Assembly (NCBI GenBank): GCA_043797985.1
Contig: JAZDPB010000035.1
Location: forward strand, 1-39,994
Origin: Chloroflexota bacterium
Lineage (GTDB): Bacteria > Chloroflexota > Dehalococcoidia > Dehalococcoidales > UBA2162
Reading direction: 5' to 3'
Length of the DNA stretch: 39,994 nt
The notes under the pieces are model-generated. The model had not been told where the DNA came from. It made no database searches and saw only the letters and a list, made by a program, of their open reading frames with translations. Below are positions 16,903 through 25,566 of the stretch, one piece after another. The position numbers and the translations under genes were made by a program. Within the stretch, counting starts at the first letter, position 1. The number at the start of each line of letters is the position of its first letter.

Positions 16903-18159
16903 TTATACTTCTCTTGGGTCGGTGATAAAGCCGGTTAATGCCGAAGCGGCTACGGTAGCCGGGGAAGCCAGGTAGACTTCTGCCTCGGTGCTCCCCATTC
17001 TACCTTTGAAATTGCGGTTGGAGGCAGAGATGCATCTTTCTCCTGCTGCCAGCAGGCCGAGGTGGACTCCCATGCAGGGGCCGCATGTTGGCCCGCAAAC
17101 TATGCCATCGGCCTCGATAAGGGTTTCCAGTATTCCGGCGTTTAGAGCGTTCTTATAGACCTCCATAGAAGCGGGGATAACCAACAAGCGTACTCGCGGA
17201 TGCACCTTCTTTCCTTTCAGTATTTCAGCCGCTACTTTGAGGTCCTCCAGTCTACCCCCGGTGCAAGAACCGAGTAATGCCTGGTCAACAGGAATTTTAT
17301 CAACGTCGGTGATGGGCCTAACATTGCCCACATCATGAGGGCAGGCCACCTGGGGTGGAAGGCTACTGACATCGAGTTGATAGATTTTTTCGAAAGAGGC
17401 GTCGGGGTCACTTTTAACCGGTGTGAAGACTTCTCTAGCTCTCCCTTTAAGAAAAGCGAGGGTCTTCTCATCCGCTTCGAAGATAGCGAACTTGGCTCCT
17501 ATTTCAACTCCCATATTTGCCATTGCCCAGCGGTCCGATAGGGTCATTTTTTCTACCGCGGGACCAACAAATTCCACTGATTTGTATAAGGCACCATCGG
17601 TACCAATATCGCCCGCAATTTTCAGTATTACATCCTTACCCATAACCCTTGGCGGTAGTTCGCCGAAGATTTCAAACTTTATGGTCTCGGGCACCCTGAA
17701 CCAGATTTCACCTTTGGCGACAACATAGTAGGCTTCCGGAGCCTGGATAGCTGTTGCTGCCACATTGAACGCTCCGTAGGAGGTTGTATGTGAGTCCATG
17801 CCTACTACGAGAGTTCCCGGCAGTGCGTGGCCCTTCTCAGGCATGATTTGATGGCAAACACCTCCCCTTCCCACATCATACCAGTAAGTGAGTCCAAATT
17901 CCTTAACGAATTTCCTTTTGAGAACATCTGCCTCAGCAGCTTCAATAGTCGGGGAGGGTATGCCATGGTCGGTTAGAGCGATGACTCTGGAGGGGTCCCA
18001 CACCTTGTCGATGCCAATCTCTTTGAAGGCGGAATACATCCCCGCCATACCGTCACCAGCCATAATTTTATCTATCTTAGCGGTGACATATTGTCCCGGC
18101 TTGATTTCAGATAGTCCCGATTTTTTAGCAAGGATTTTTTCCGCCATCGTCATCCCCAT
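16903..18159 (-). CDS. leuC: 3-isopropylmalate/homoaconitate dehydratase large subunit (archaeal-type)
   Basis: MTMAEKILAKKSG..., DSHT, GSCTGGR and CGPCMG aconitase-family cluster motifs. 418 aa. AGGAGG SD. Confidence 0.85.
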   Translation of the reverse strand: MGMTMAEKILAKKSGLSEIKPGQYVTAKIDKIMAGDGMAGMYSAFKEIGIDKVWDPSRVIALTDHGIPSPTIEAAEADVLKRKFVKEFGLTYWYDVGRGGVCHQIMPEKGHALPGTLVVGMDSHTTSYGAFNVAATAIQAPEAYYVVAKGEIWFRVPETIKFEIFGELPPRVMGKDVILKIAGDIGTDGALYKSVEFVGPAVEKMTLSDRWAMANMGVEIGAKFAIFEADEKTLAFLKGRAREVFTPVKSDPDASFEKIYQLDVSSLPPQVACPHDVGNVRPITDVDKIPVDQALLGSCTGGRLEDLKVAAEILKGKKVHPRVRLLVIPASMEVYKNALNAGILETLIEADGIVCGPTCGPCMGVHLGLLAAGERCISASNRNFKGRMGSTEAEVYLASPATVAASALTGFITDPREV

Positions 18160-18487
18160 GGACTTCGCCTCCTATGGTGAATGTGTCATCTATTCTTGCC
18201 CGCCAGCACATTAGCACAGGTTATATGATTATCTTAAATACTCTGAATCTTCTTTGTCAAACTTCCACATTAGCTAATAATAAAAGTTACTGAAAGTTAT
18301 CGTTGTGCCAGGATTATGACAATCCTTGTTCTTATCTGTTATTATGCATTATAGTTTTTACAGTAGTCCCTTCGCTTTCAACTTATGGGGATTATTGGAC
18401 TATTGACAATAATCGTATAATATTAATGTGGGCAAAAGTCTATCAGTAAGCGAAAGGGATAAAACAAAGCGGCTATCAGCAGTCAAG

Positions 18488-19474
18488 ATGAGAAGTATAG
18501 TTACCGGCGGAGCCGGTTTTATTGGAAGTCATCTCGTTGACCGTTTATTGAGTGATGGTCATGAGGTAGTTGTTCTTGATAACCTCTCTACCGGTCGGCT
18601 GGAGAATCTGGCTCAGGTCAAGAATGTGCCTCGCCTCTATTTTCACCAGGTTGATATTGCTGAGTGGGGAGCAGTGCAGCCTTATATTGACCATGCGGAC
18701 TGGGTTTTCCATCTGGCGGCACTTGCCGATATAGTACCCTCGATTCAAAAGCCATTAAGATATTTCCAGTGTAATGTCGATGGCACGGTTAATATGCTAG
18801 AGTCGGCTCGCCAGGCTGGGGTGAAGCGATTCATTTATGTTGCTTCCTCATCATGCTATGGGATTCCCGATGTAGTCCCCACGCCAGAAACGGCTGATAT
18901 TCGCCCACAGTATCCTTATGCGTTAACCAAATACCTGGGCGAGCAGTGTGTATTGCATTGGGGTAAAGTCTATAAACTTCCTGTTGTATCACTGCGTCTG
19001 TTCAATGTTTATGGCTCTCGTTCTCGGACGTCTGGGGCTTATGGGGCGGTTTTCGGGGTGTTTCTGGCGCAGAAGCTCAATAACAAGCCGTTTACCGTCG
19101 TTGGCGATGGTACTCAAACCAGGGATTTTACCTTTGTCACTGATGTCGCTGATGCGCTGGTGACGGCGGCTAAATCAGATATAACGAACGAAGTCTTAAA
19201 TGTCGGCAGCGGTAACACCTACAGCGTTAATCGTCTGGTTGACCTTCTGGGGGGAAATGTAGTATATATACCTAAAAGGCCGGGTGAGCCCGACTGCACT
19301 TTTGCTGATATAACCAAGATACAAAGGCTATTAGGGTGGCGGCCGCGTGTTTCTTTCGAAAAAGGTGTCCAGATTCTGTTAGAAAATATTGATTCTTGGC
19401 GGGAGGCACCCGTTTGGGTACCGGAAACAATTGCCGAGGCAACCAGGGATTGGTTTCAGTACCTTTCTCGATGA
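18488..19474 (+). CDS. NAD-dependent nucleotide-sugar epimerase/dehydratase (extended SDR)
   Basis: MRSIVTGGAGFIGSHL Rossmann N-terminus and the YxxxK motif (PYALTKY). The track ORF opens at GTG 18428; ATG 18488 gives the canonical N-terminus. Confidence 0.8.
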   Translation: MRSIVTGGAGFIGSHLVDRLLSDGHEVVVLDNLSTGRLENLAQVKNVPRLYFHQVDIAEWGAVQPYIDHADWVFHLAALADIVPSIQKPLRYFQCNVDGTVNMLESARQAGVKRFIYVASSSCYGIPDVVPTPETADIRPQYPYALTKYLGEQCVLHWGKVYKLPVVSLRLFNVYGSRSRTSGAYGAVFGVFLAQKLNNKPFTVVGDGTQTRDFTFVTDVADALVTAAKSDITNEVLNVGSGNTYSVNRLVDLLGGNVVYIPKRPGEPDCTFADITKIQRLLGWRPRVSFEKGVQILLENIDSWREAPVWVPETIAEATRDWFQYLSR

Positions 19475-19497
19475 TAATCTAAGCTACGGAGGTAGCG

Positions 19498-20310
19498 ATG
19501 GTACAAACTGAACTGTGGTCTAAGGTCAAGACGCTGGATGAATTAGCACATATAATCTCGGGTTTGAAGAGAGAAGGCAAAGTCGTTGTTCAGTGTCATG
19601 GGGTCTTCGACCTGCTTCATCCTGGCCATATCAGACACTTCGATGCGGCGAAACAAGAGGGTGATGTGCTGGTGGTGACTATAACGAAGGACGCCTATGT
19701 TGATAAGGGGCCGGGGCGACCCATCTTTAACGAACGTCTCAGGGCTGAATCTATTGCCGCTCTGGGGTGTGTTGACTACGTAGCGATAAATGAATGGCCG
19801 ACAGCAGTTGAGACCATAAAAAAATTGAAACCCGATGTTTATGCTAAGGGGAGTGATTATGCCGATGCCAAGGATGACCTAACAGGTAAAATTAGCGATG
19901 AGGAAGCGGCAGTCAAGTCGGTTGGTGGTCGGATTCATTTTACGGGTGAGATAACCTTCAGCTCAACAAAACTACTCAACCTCCATTTCGATGTTTTTCC
20001 TGAGGAAGCGCGACATTTTCTCCGCAAATTTCGTAGTAGATATTCGGCAAAGGACATAATTAACCGAATTGAAGCTCTAAAGAAGATGAAGGTGCTGGTC
20101 ATTGGTGATGCCATCATTGACGAGTACCATTATTGCATCCCTCTGGGAAAGTCACCTAAAGAGATTCTCATTCCAGCGAAGTATCTGTATCAAGAAAGCT
20201 TTGCTGGTGGCATATTGGCGGTCGCTAATCACGTCGCTGGGTTTTGTGATAAGGTCGATGTGGTTACCTGTCTGGGTATGCAAAATACCTGTGAGGATTT
20301 TATCTCATAG
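19498..20310 (+). CDS. HldE/RfaE-like protein, part 1: cytidylyl/adenylyltransferase domain plus the first ~70 aa of a PfkB sugar kinase, ended by an in-frame TAG
   Basis: HGVFDLLHPGHIRHF (HxGH nucleotidyltransferase motif), then MKVLVIGDAIIDEY...GGILAVANH (PfkB N-terminus). TAG at 20308-20310. Confidence 0.7.
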   Translation: MVQTELWSKVKTLDELAHIISGLKREGKVVVQCHGVFDLLHPGHIRHFDAAKQEGDVLVVTITKDAYVDKGPGRPIFNERLRAESIAALGCVDYVAINEWPTAVETIKKLKPDVYAKGSDYADAKDDLTGKISDEEAAVKSVGGRIHFTGEITFSSTKLLNLHFDVFPEEARHFLRKFRSRYSAKDIINRIEALKKMKVLVIGDAIIDEYHYCIPLGKSPKEILIPAKYLYQESFAGGILAVANHVAGFCDKVDVVTCLGMQNTCEDFIS

Positions 20311-20325
20311 CATCTGAAGCCGAAT

Positions 20326-21033
20326 GTGACTGCCAAATTCTTTTATCGTCCTAATGCCCCCACTGTCGTCAAACGGCGTTTTGTGGAAGCTGACATCCTA
20401 AGAAAGATGTTTGAAATTTACCTTATGGACGGTAGTTCGTCACCTGAATCGGTGAACCAGGAAGTCTGTCACTATCTTGAAGCGAACGTCGGTGACTATG
20501 ATTTAGTAGTTATCGGCGATTATGGCCATGGCTTTTTGGGGGAGAGGATTATTAAAGTGCTGTGTGACGGAGCTAAATTCCTGGCAATCAATGCCCAGAC
20601 CAATTCCGCTAATATCGGGTTTAATCTTATTACCAAATATCCGCGGGCGGATTATATCTGCATCGATGAACCAGAAGTCCGCCTGGCTACTCATGATAAT
20701 GTTAGCTCGTTGGAGGATTTAGTAGTCAAAGTCGGCCGGCAGCTCAAGTGCCAGAGTGTAGCGGTTACCCAGGGGCATCGGGGTGCTCTGGTTTATCAAG
20801 ATGGGGATGGCTTCTTCCAGATTCCCGTGTTTTCCCGTGAAGTGGTGGAAAGAGTTGGTGCTGGTGATGCCTATCTTTCCGTGACGTCTCCCTGCGTTGC
20901 TGCCAACTTTCCCATTGATTTAGTCGGGTTTGTGGGCAATGCTGTCGGTGCTTTGAAGATTCGTATCGTCGGGAACCGCTCCTCGGTAGAATCGGTTCCC
21001 CTGTTTAAGTATATTAATACACTAATGAAATAG
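20326..21033 (+). CDS. HldE/RfaE-like protein, part 2: remainder of the PfkB sugar kinase domain, in the same frame as part 1
   Basis: TVVKRRFV..., VVIGDYGHG, and GAGDAYLSV...GNAVGALKI (PfkB anion hole/ATP motifs). GTG 20326 is in frame with 19498, only 5 codons after the TAG. Confidence 0.65.
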   Translation: MTAKFFYRPNAPTVVKRRFVEADILRKMFEIYLMDGSSSPESVNQEVCHYLEANVGDYDLVVIGDYGHGFLGERIIKVLCDGAKFLAINAQTNSANIGFNLITKYPRADYICIDEPEVRLATHDNVSSLEDLVVKVGRQLKCQSVAVTQGHRGALVYQDGDGFFQIPVFSREVVERVGAGDAYLSVTSPCVAANFPIDLVGFVGNAVGALKIRIVGNRSSVESVPLFKYINTLMK

Positions 21034-21038
21034 GAGAA

Positions 21039-22022
21039 GTGATGACCAGTCAGAAAAGACAAATTCTAGTGACCGGGGGTTGTGGCTATATTGGTTCGGT
21101 GCTGGTGCCCAAACTGGCTAAGAAATATTCTGTTACCATTGTGGATACCATGTTCTTTGGCAATCACCTGCCGCCAATGAAGAATCTGAAAGTGGTCAAG
21201 GGCGATATACGAGATGTTTCTTTGATGCGCTCCTTGCTATCTAAGACTACGGATGTCATTCATCTTGCCTCGATAGCTAATGACCCTTCCGCAGAACTCG
21301 ACTCGGCACTCACCTATTCAATAAACAGGGATGCGGTAGTGCAGTTAGTTGACACTGCTAAAGAATGCGGAGTGAGGCGATTAATCAATGCTTCATCCAG
21401 CAGCGTCTATGGAGTCAAAAAGGAAGAATCGGTAACCGAGGACCTCAGTTTGGAGCCGATAACACTGTATGCTAAGCTAAAGGCTGAGACTGAGGAGGTA
21501 ATTGCCCGAGCTACCACTAAAGATTTTACTACGGTATCTGTCAGAGCGGCAACAGTCTGTGCTAACTCACCGCGGATGAGGTTTGACGTAATCGTCAACA
21601 TTTTAGCCAAAGCGGCGGTCACTAATGGGGTAGTAACTGTCGAAGGCGGTGGCCAGTATCGTCCTAACATCCATATTGACGATATTACCGACCTTTACGC
21701 TATGCTTGTTGAAGTGCCGGATAATAAGATATCAGGCAAGGTGTTCAATGCCGGTTCAGTAAACCATACCGTTAAAGAAATAGCTGAGATGGCACGAGAC
21801 GAAATAGGGGCGGCGATTAAGGTAGATGCTAATGTTATTGACAACCGGTCATATCGCATATCATCGGAAAAGATAAAGAGAGAATTGGGGTTTGAGACCA
21901 AGAAGACTATAAGGCAGGCCATTAGTGATATTAAACAGGCATTTGCCGATGGCAAATACCCTGACCCCAACAACGTTGTATATTACAACGTAAGAACGAT
22001 TAAACAGGTGTTAGGCAGATAA
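21039..22022 (+). CDS. NAD-dependent nucleotide-sugar epimerase (extended SDR)
   Basis: ILVTGGCGYIGSVL and YxxxK (LYAKLKAE). 327 aa. Confidence 0.8.
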   Translation: MMTSQKRQILVTGGCGYIGSVLVPKLAKKYSVTIVDTMFFGNHLPPMKNLKVVKGDIRDVSLMRSLLSKTTDVIHLASIANDPSAELDSALTYSINRDAVVQLVDTAKECGVRRLINASSSSVYGVKKEESVTEDLSLEPITLYAKLKAETEEVIARATTKDFTTVSVRAATVCANSPRMRFDVIVNILAKAAVTNGVVTVEGGGQYRPNIHIDDITDLYAMLVEVPDNKISGKVFNAGSVNHTVKEIAEMARDEIGAAIKVDANVIDNRSYRISSEKIKRELGFETKKTIRQAISDIKQAFADGKYPDPNNVVYYNVRTIKQVLGR

Positions 22023-22129
22023 CACGGGCTGTACTTATAACTGACGGCAATTCTTCTAGCTATGTCCTGTATCTGCTTATCATCTAAGTCAATCCCCTGA
22101 AACAACCAAATGTAAGGCCCACGGTGTGC

Positions 22130-22141
22130 TATACTAGTATA
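22130..22141. promoter_or_regulatory. Perfect 12-bp palindrome TATACTAGTATA overlapping a TGnTATACT extended -10, upstream of the MFS gene
   Basis: TGTGCTATACTAGTATACT lies 10 nt before ATG 22152. TATACTAGTATA is its own reverse complement. Confidence 0.4.
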
Positions 22142-22151
22142 CTATCTACTG

Positions 22152-23393
22152 ATGAGCACATTTTCACAGCGTATTAAGAAAGATATCTTCCAGCGTTTCC
22201 CACCCGGCATCTGGTTGATGACACTACTGGACATCTTCATCACGATTGGTGTCTCCATTGCATTCCCCTTTCTGGCGCTTTACCTGTACCAAGAGCGTGG
22301 TATCCCGATGAGTCTGGTCGGATTGATATTTCTCATTGCTGGCTTGTGTACTGGCGCAACCAATATCATCGGCGGGATGCTTGCTGACCGCTTCGGGCGT
22401 CGCCGCCTTCTTATGATAATATCCGTTGTCAGTATCTTTGCTTATGCGTTGTTGGCGTTTCTTGCTGGAATTTCTAGTCCAGTCTGGTTAATTGCGCTCG
22501 TATACATAGTGGCACGCAGTTTTATCGGTACTATTCAGCCAGCCGTTTCCACAGTCGTTGCCGACCTGTCGCCCAATGACCGACTAGCGGAATCCTACGC
22601 GCTGGTTAGAGTAGGGGGCAATGTGGGATTTGCCCTCGGCCCGGCCATGGGTGGGTACATGATGAGTTTTTTATCCTACGGCTGGCTCCTCAGTGTTTCT
22701 GCTGTCACCTCCGTTATAATTACTATACTCATTTACTTTTTCCTGAAAGAGTCTTTTGTCGTGAGCCGGGAGCGTGTGGATTTTCGCAGTACTCTGGCGG
22801 TAACAGGGGACCGTCCCTTTCTTGTTTTTACCATCTTTGTCATTCTGCTGCTACTCTCAATGGGACATCTGGGGAGCACGTTATCCGTGTTTGTGGTCGA
22901 CCGGCTGGGTTTCTCCACCGCCCAGTATGGGCTATTACTGACCACAAACGGTATCATAGTGGCGCTTTCCCAGTATCCGGTAACCTATTGGGTCAATAAA
23001 CTATCCCGGGCAAACGGGCTTATCCTTGGTAGTCTGCTCTACGTCCTTGGCTATCTCGCACTGGGGTGGGTCACTAGTTTTAGCTGGGCGATTCTTATCA
23101 TTGTAATCATTACCGCCGGTGAGGTAACCTTCTCACCCATTGCCTCAGCGGTGGTGGCGGAAGCAGCCCCTCTGACTAAGCGTGGTCGTTACATGGGTTT
23201 TTTCGCTCTCACTCATACCTTAGGATGGTCATTATCACCGCTGTTTGGTGGGGTATTGCTGGATATCTTCCCATCGGAGCCTCGCATCCTCTGGGGAATC
23301 ATTGCGTCAGTCGGGCTGGTTGCGGCAGCAGGGTTTTATGGGTGGGGTAAAATGGCTAAAAAGCCGGTTGGTGCCTTGCCTCCAAAGTATTAA
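22152..23393 (+). CDS. MFS transporter
   Basis: 413 aa, about 12 TM helices, MFS loop 2-3 signature GMLADRFGRRRLL. Confidence 0.85.
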   Translation: MSTFSQRIKKDIFQRFPPGIWLMTLLDIFITIGVSIAFPFLALYLYQERGIPMSLVGLIFLIAGLCTGATNIIGGMLADRFGRRRLLMIISVVSIFAYALLAFLAGISSPVWLIALVYIVARSFIGTIQPAVSTVVADLSPNDRLAESYALVRVGGNVGFALGPAMGGYMMSFLSYGWLLSVSAVTSVIITILIYFFLKESFVVSRERVDFRSTLAVTGDRPFLVFTIFVILLLLSMGHLGSTLSVFVVDRLGFSTAQYGLLLTTNGIIVALSQYPVTYWVNKLSRANGLILGSLLYVLGYLALGWVTSFSWAILIIVIITAGEVTFSPIASAVVAEAAPLTKRGRYMGFFALTHTLGWSLSPLFGGVLLDIFPSEPRILWGIIASVGLVAAAGFYGWGKMAKKPVGALPPKY

Positions 23394-23515
23394 TACTTAG
23401 CTAGTTGAAACCGCACTACCCGTGATTCACTACATAGCTCTTCTTTATCTCTGTGGAGCTTTTGTATTAAAACTGATTGTTCTGCTTGGTTATGGTTGGC
23501 ATTCCGTTTAGGGTT

Positions 23516-23627
23516 GACCTCACCCCTGGCCCATCTCCTTGTAGGAGAGGGGAAGAGATTTTAGAGAGGGGCGAAGCCCCTCTCTAACTTGTACTCCCCT
23601 TCCCCTCAGGGGAAGGGGATAGGGTTG
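23516..23627. repeat. Composite three-hairpin intergenic repeat, copy 2
   Basis: GACCTCACCCC leader. H1 at 23530-23552 (one mismatch). H2 is TTAGAGAGGGGC-gaa-GCCCCTCTCTAA (23561-23587). H3 is CCCCTTCCCC-tca-GGGGAAGGGG (23595-23619). Tail is ATAGGGTTG. Collinear with copy 1. Confidence 0.8.
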
Positions 23628-23674
23628 CGTCAGAATAGATAATTCTTCTTCCAATAGGAAAAAGAACAAACTGA

Positions 23675-23703
23675 TTGATTTGTCTACGAGTATCAGATAT
23701 ACT
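23675..23703 (+). promoter_or_regulatory. Candidate promoter of the liv operon (TTGATT-17 nt-TATACT)
   Basis: TTGATT at 23675-23680, a 17-nt spacer, TATACT at 23698-23703. It lies 39 nt before GTG 23742. Confidence 0.4.
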
Positions 23704-23741
23704 TCCATTCGGTACTACCGATACCCCGTAGTAGAGTTTAG

Positions 23742-24629
23742 GTGGGAATTAACTGGGCTCAAGTAATTTTCAATTCAGGTATTACCGCCAGCCTGTATCT
23801 TATTGGTGCTGTGGGTCTTACCTTGACCTACGGTTTGTCTAGGTTCCCTAATTTTGCTCATGCCGAATTTATGACTTTGGGTGCTTTCATCGGCTATCTT
23901 GCCGCTGAACAATTAGGGTTAGGTCTATATCTAGGCGCATTCATTGCTTTTCTGGTTGGTGCGATAGTAGGGACTATTTGCTACCGTGGCGTTTTCTATC
24001 CGCTGGCTAGACGAGGAGCGTCTATTATTCACCTCATGGTTGCCTCAATTGCGTTAGGGTTTTTCTTAAGGTACTCCATCGGGGCAATCTGGGGCTGGGC
24101 TCCTTTGTATTTTACTACTACCTGGCCATCCTACGATATCGGGCGATTAAGAGTTACCGGCTTATGGATTGCTCTTATCTTAAGTGCGGTTATTCTGACA
24201 GTTATCATGCATCTTGTTTTGGTGAAGACCAAGATAGGGAAAGCTATTAGAGCCACCTCCAGCAATCCAGAGCTTGCCTTAGCTTCCGGGATTAATATTG
24301 ATAGAGTAATCCTGGTAACATGGTTCATTGGTGCCGGTTTGGCGACTACTGCCGGCATATTTCGTGCCGCCGATACCCAGATTTGGCCCATGACGGGATG
24401 GGATATCATATTACCGATGTTTGCTGTTGCTATACTGGGTGGTATCGGTAATTTCTATGGCTCGATAGTTGCCGCTTTTATTGTCGGGCTAGCCGAGAAT
24501 TTTGGGGTGGTAGCATTGGTTAGTTTGGGACTATCGACTGAATATCGCATGGCAGTAGCTTTCCTTATTTTGATAATAACTTTAATTATCAAACCTCAGG
24601 GATTAGCGATGTTATTCAGGAGGGCCTAA
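23742..24629 (+). CDS. livH: Branched-chain amino acid ABC transporter permease (LivH family)
   Basis: 295-aa polytopic protein; AVGLTLTYGLSRFPNFAHAEFMTLGAF is typical of LivH. Confidence 0.85.
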   Translation: MGINWAQVIFNSGITASLYLIGAVGLTLTYGLSRFPNFAHAEFMTLGAFIGYLAAEQLGLGLYLGAFIAFLVGAIVGTICYRGVFYPLARRGASIIHLMVASIALGFFLRYSIGAIWGWAPLYFTTTWPSYDIGRLRVTGLWIALILSAVILTVIMHLVLVKTKIGKAIRATSSNPELALASGINIDRVILVTWFIGAGLATTAGIFRAADTQIWPMTGWDIILPMFAVAILGGIGNFYGSIVAAFIVGLAENFGVVALVSLGLSTEYRMAVAFLILIITLIIKPQGLAMLFRRA

Positions 24630-24630
24630 T

Positions 24631-25566
24631 TTGGACCCACTAGTTTATGTTCTTGATTTGGTGGTCTTTATCGGCATCTTTAGCTTGGTCTCGCTGAGCT
24701 TAAACTTGGAATTCGGCTTTGCTGGCTTAGCTAACTTCGGTAAGGTTGCTTTCTTTCTTGTTGGTGCGTACACTTACGCTCTTCTATCTCAAAGCGGTAT
24801 GCCTTTTTATTTCTGCCTTATTGCCAGCGCATTAACTTCGGCACTGACTGGTTTCCTGGTTTCTTTGCCTACCCTCAGGTTGAGAGAAGATTATTTAGCG
24901 ATAGTCGTTTTGACCTTTGGCGAAATATTAAGGGTGATTGTTAAATCTGAGCGTGCGATTGCTGGAGGTGTTTGGGGTATAACAGTTCCTTCAGCTATTT
25001 CTGTGCCGGGCTTATCGGCACGCGTTGATACTCTGATAAATATCGGATTGGTCTATTTCTGTCTTGCTCTCTTCTTTGTACTGGCTCACCTGCTGGCTAA
25101 CTCACCTTATGGTAGGGTGATGCGTGCCATAAGAGAAGATGAGATTGCGGCTGAGGCACTGGGCAAGAATAGAGCTAAATATAGAGCCCAGATATTTGCT
25201 CTAGGTTCGGCTATTGCCGGAGTGGCAGGCGGACTCTACGCTCAATATATTGGATTTATCGACCCTTATATGTTTATGCCTATGTTTACCTTTACGGTGT
25301 GGGTGATGGTTCTCCTTGGGGGACCGGGTAACAACTGGGGGGCAATATTGGGTGCTGCGCTGGTTGAAATTTTTGATAGGGGTGCCAACATAGTTAAAGA
25401 TTATTTAACCTTGCCTATTGACCCCAGCAACTTGCAATACATCGTATTTGGTGTTTTAATAATTATTGTATTGCTCTATCGACCGCAAGGGTTGTTAAAA
25501 GAGAGCCAGATTAAGACTAAGGTAAGAGAGATGATTTATCATGGAAAACATGCTGCTGAAAATTAA
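24631..25566 (+). CDS. livM: Branched-chain amino acid ABC transporter permease (LivM family)
   Basis: LNLEFGFAGLANFGKVAFF...LRLREDYLAIVVLTFGEI...REDEIAAEALG motifs. Confidence 0.85.
   Translation: MDPLVYVLDLVVFIGIFSLVSLSLNLEFGFAGLANFGKVAFFLVGAYTYALLSQSGMPFYFCLIASALTSALTGFLVSLPTLRLREDYLAIVVLTFGEILRVIVKSERAIAGGVWGITVPSAISVPGLSARVDTLINIGLVYFCLALFFVLAHLLANSPYGRVMRAIREDEIAAEALGKNRAKYRAQIFALGSAIAGVAGGLYAQYIGFIDPYMFMPMFTFTVWVMVLLGGPGNNWGAILGAALVEIFDRGANIVKDYLTLPIDPSNLQYIVFGVLIIIVLLYRPQGLLKESQIKTKVREMIYHGKHAAEN

Noticed and set aside
16400-16975. 191-aa + strand ORF (and 16522-16884) antisense to leuD and the leuC end
   Set aside because: It lies fully inside strongly supported minus-strand genes with clear family motifs. 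The antisense product is low-complexity (Pro/Ser/Arg-rich) and has no SD.
20308-20310. The in-frame TAG in the HldE-like gene as evidence of TAG reassignment (pyrrolysine or an alternative genetic code)
   Set aside because: TAG clearly terminates neighbouring well-defined genes: the FDH alpha fragment at 409-411, tatA at 3131-3133 and infC at 7526-7528. No pyl genes are visible. A nonsense mutation, split gene or sequencing error is more likely.
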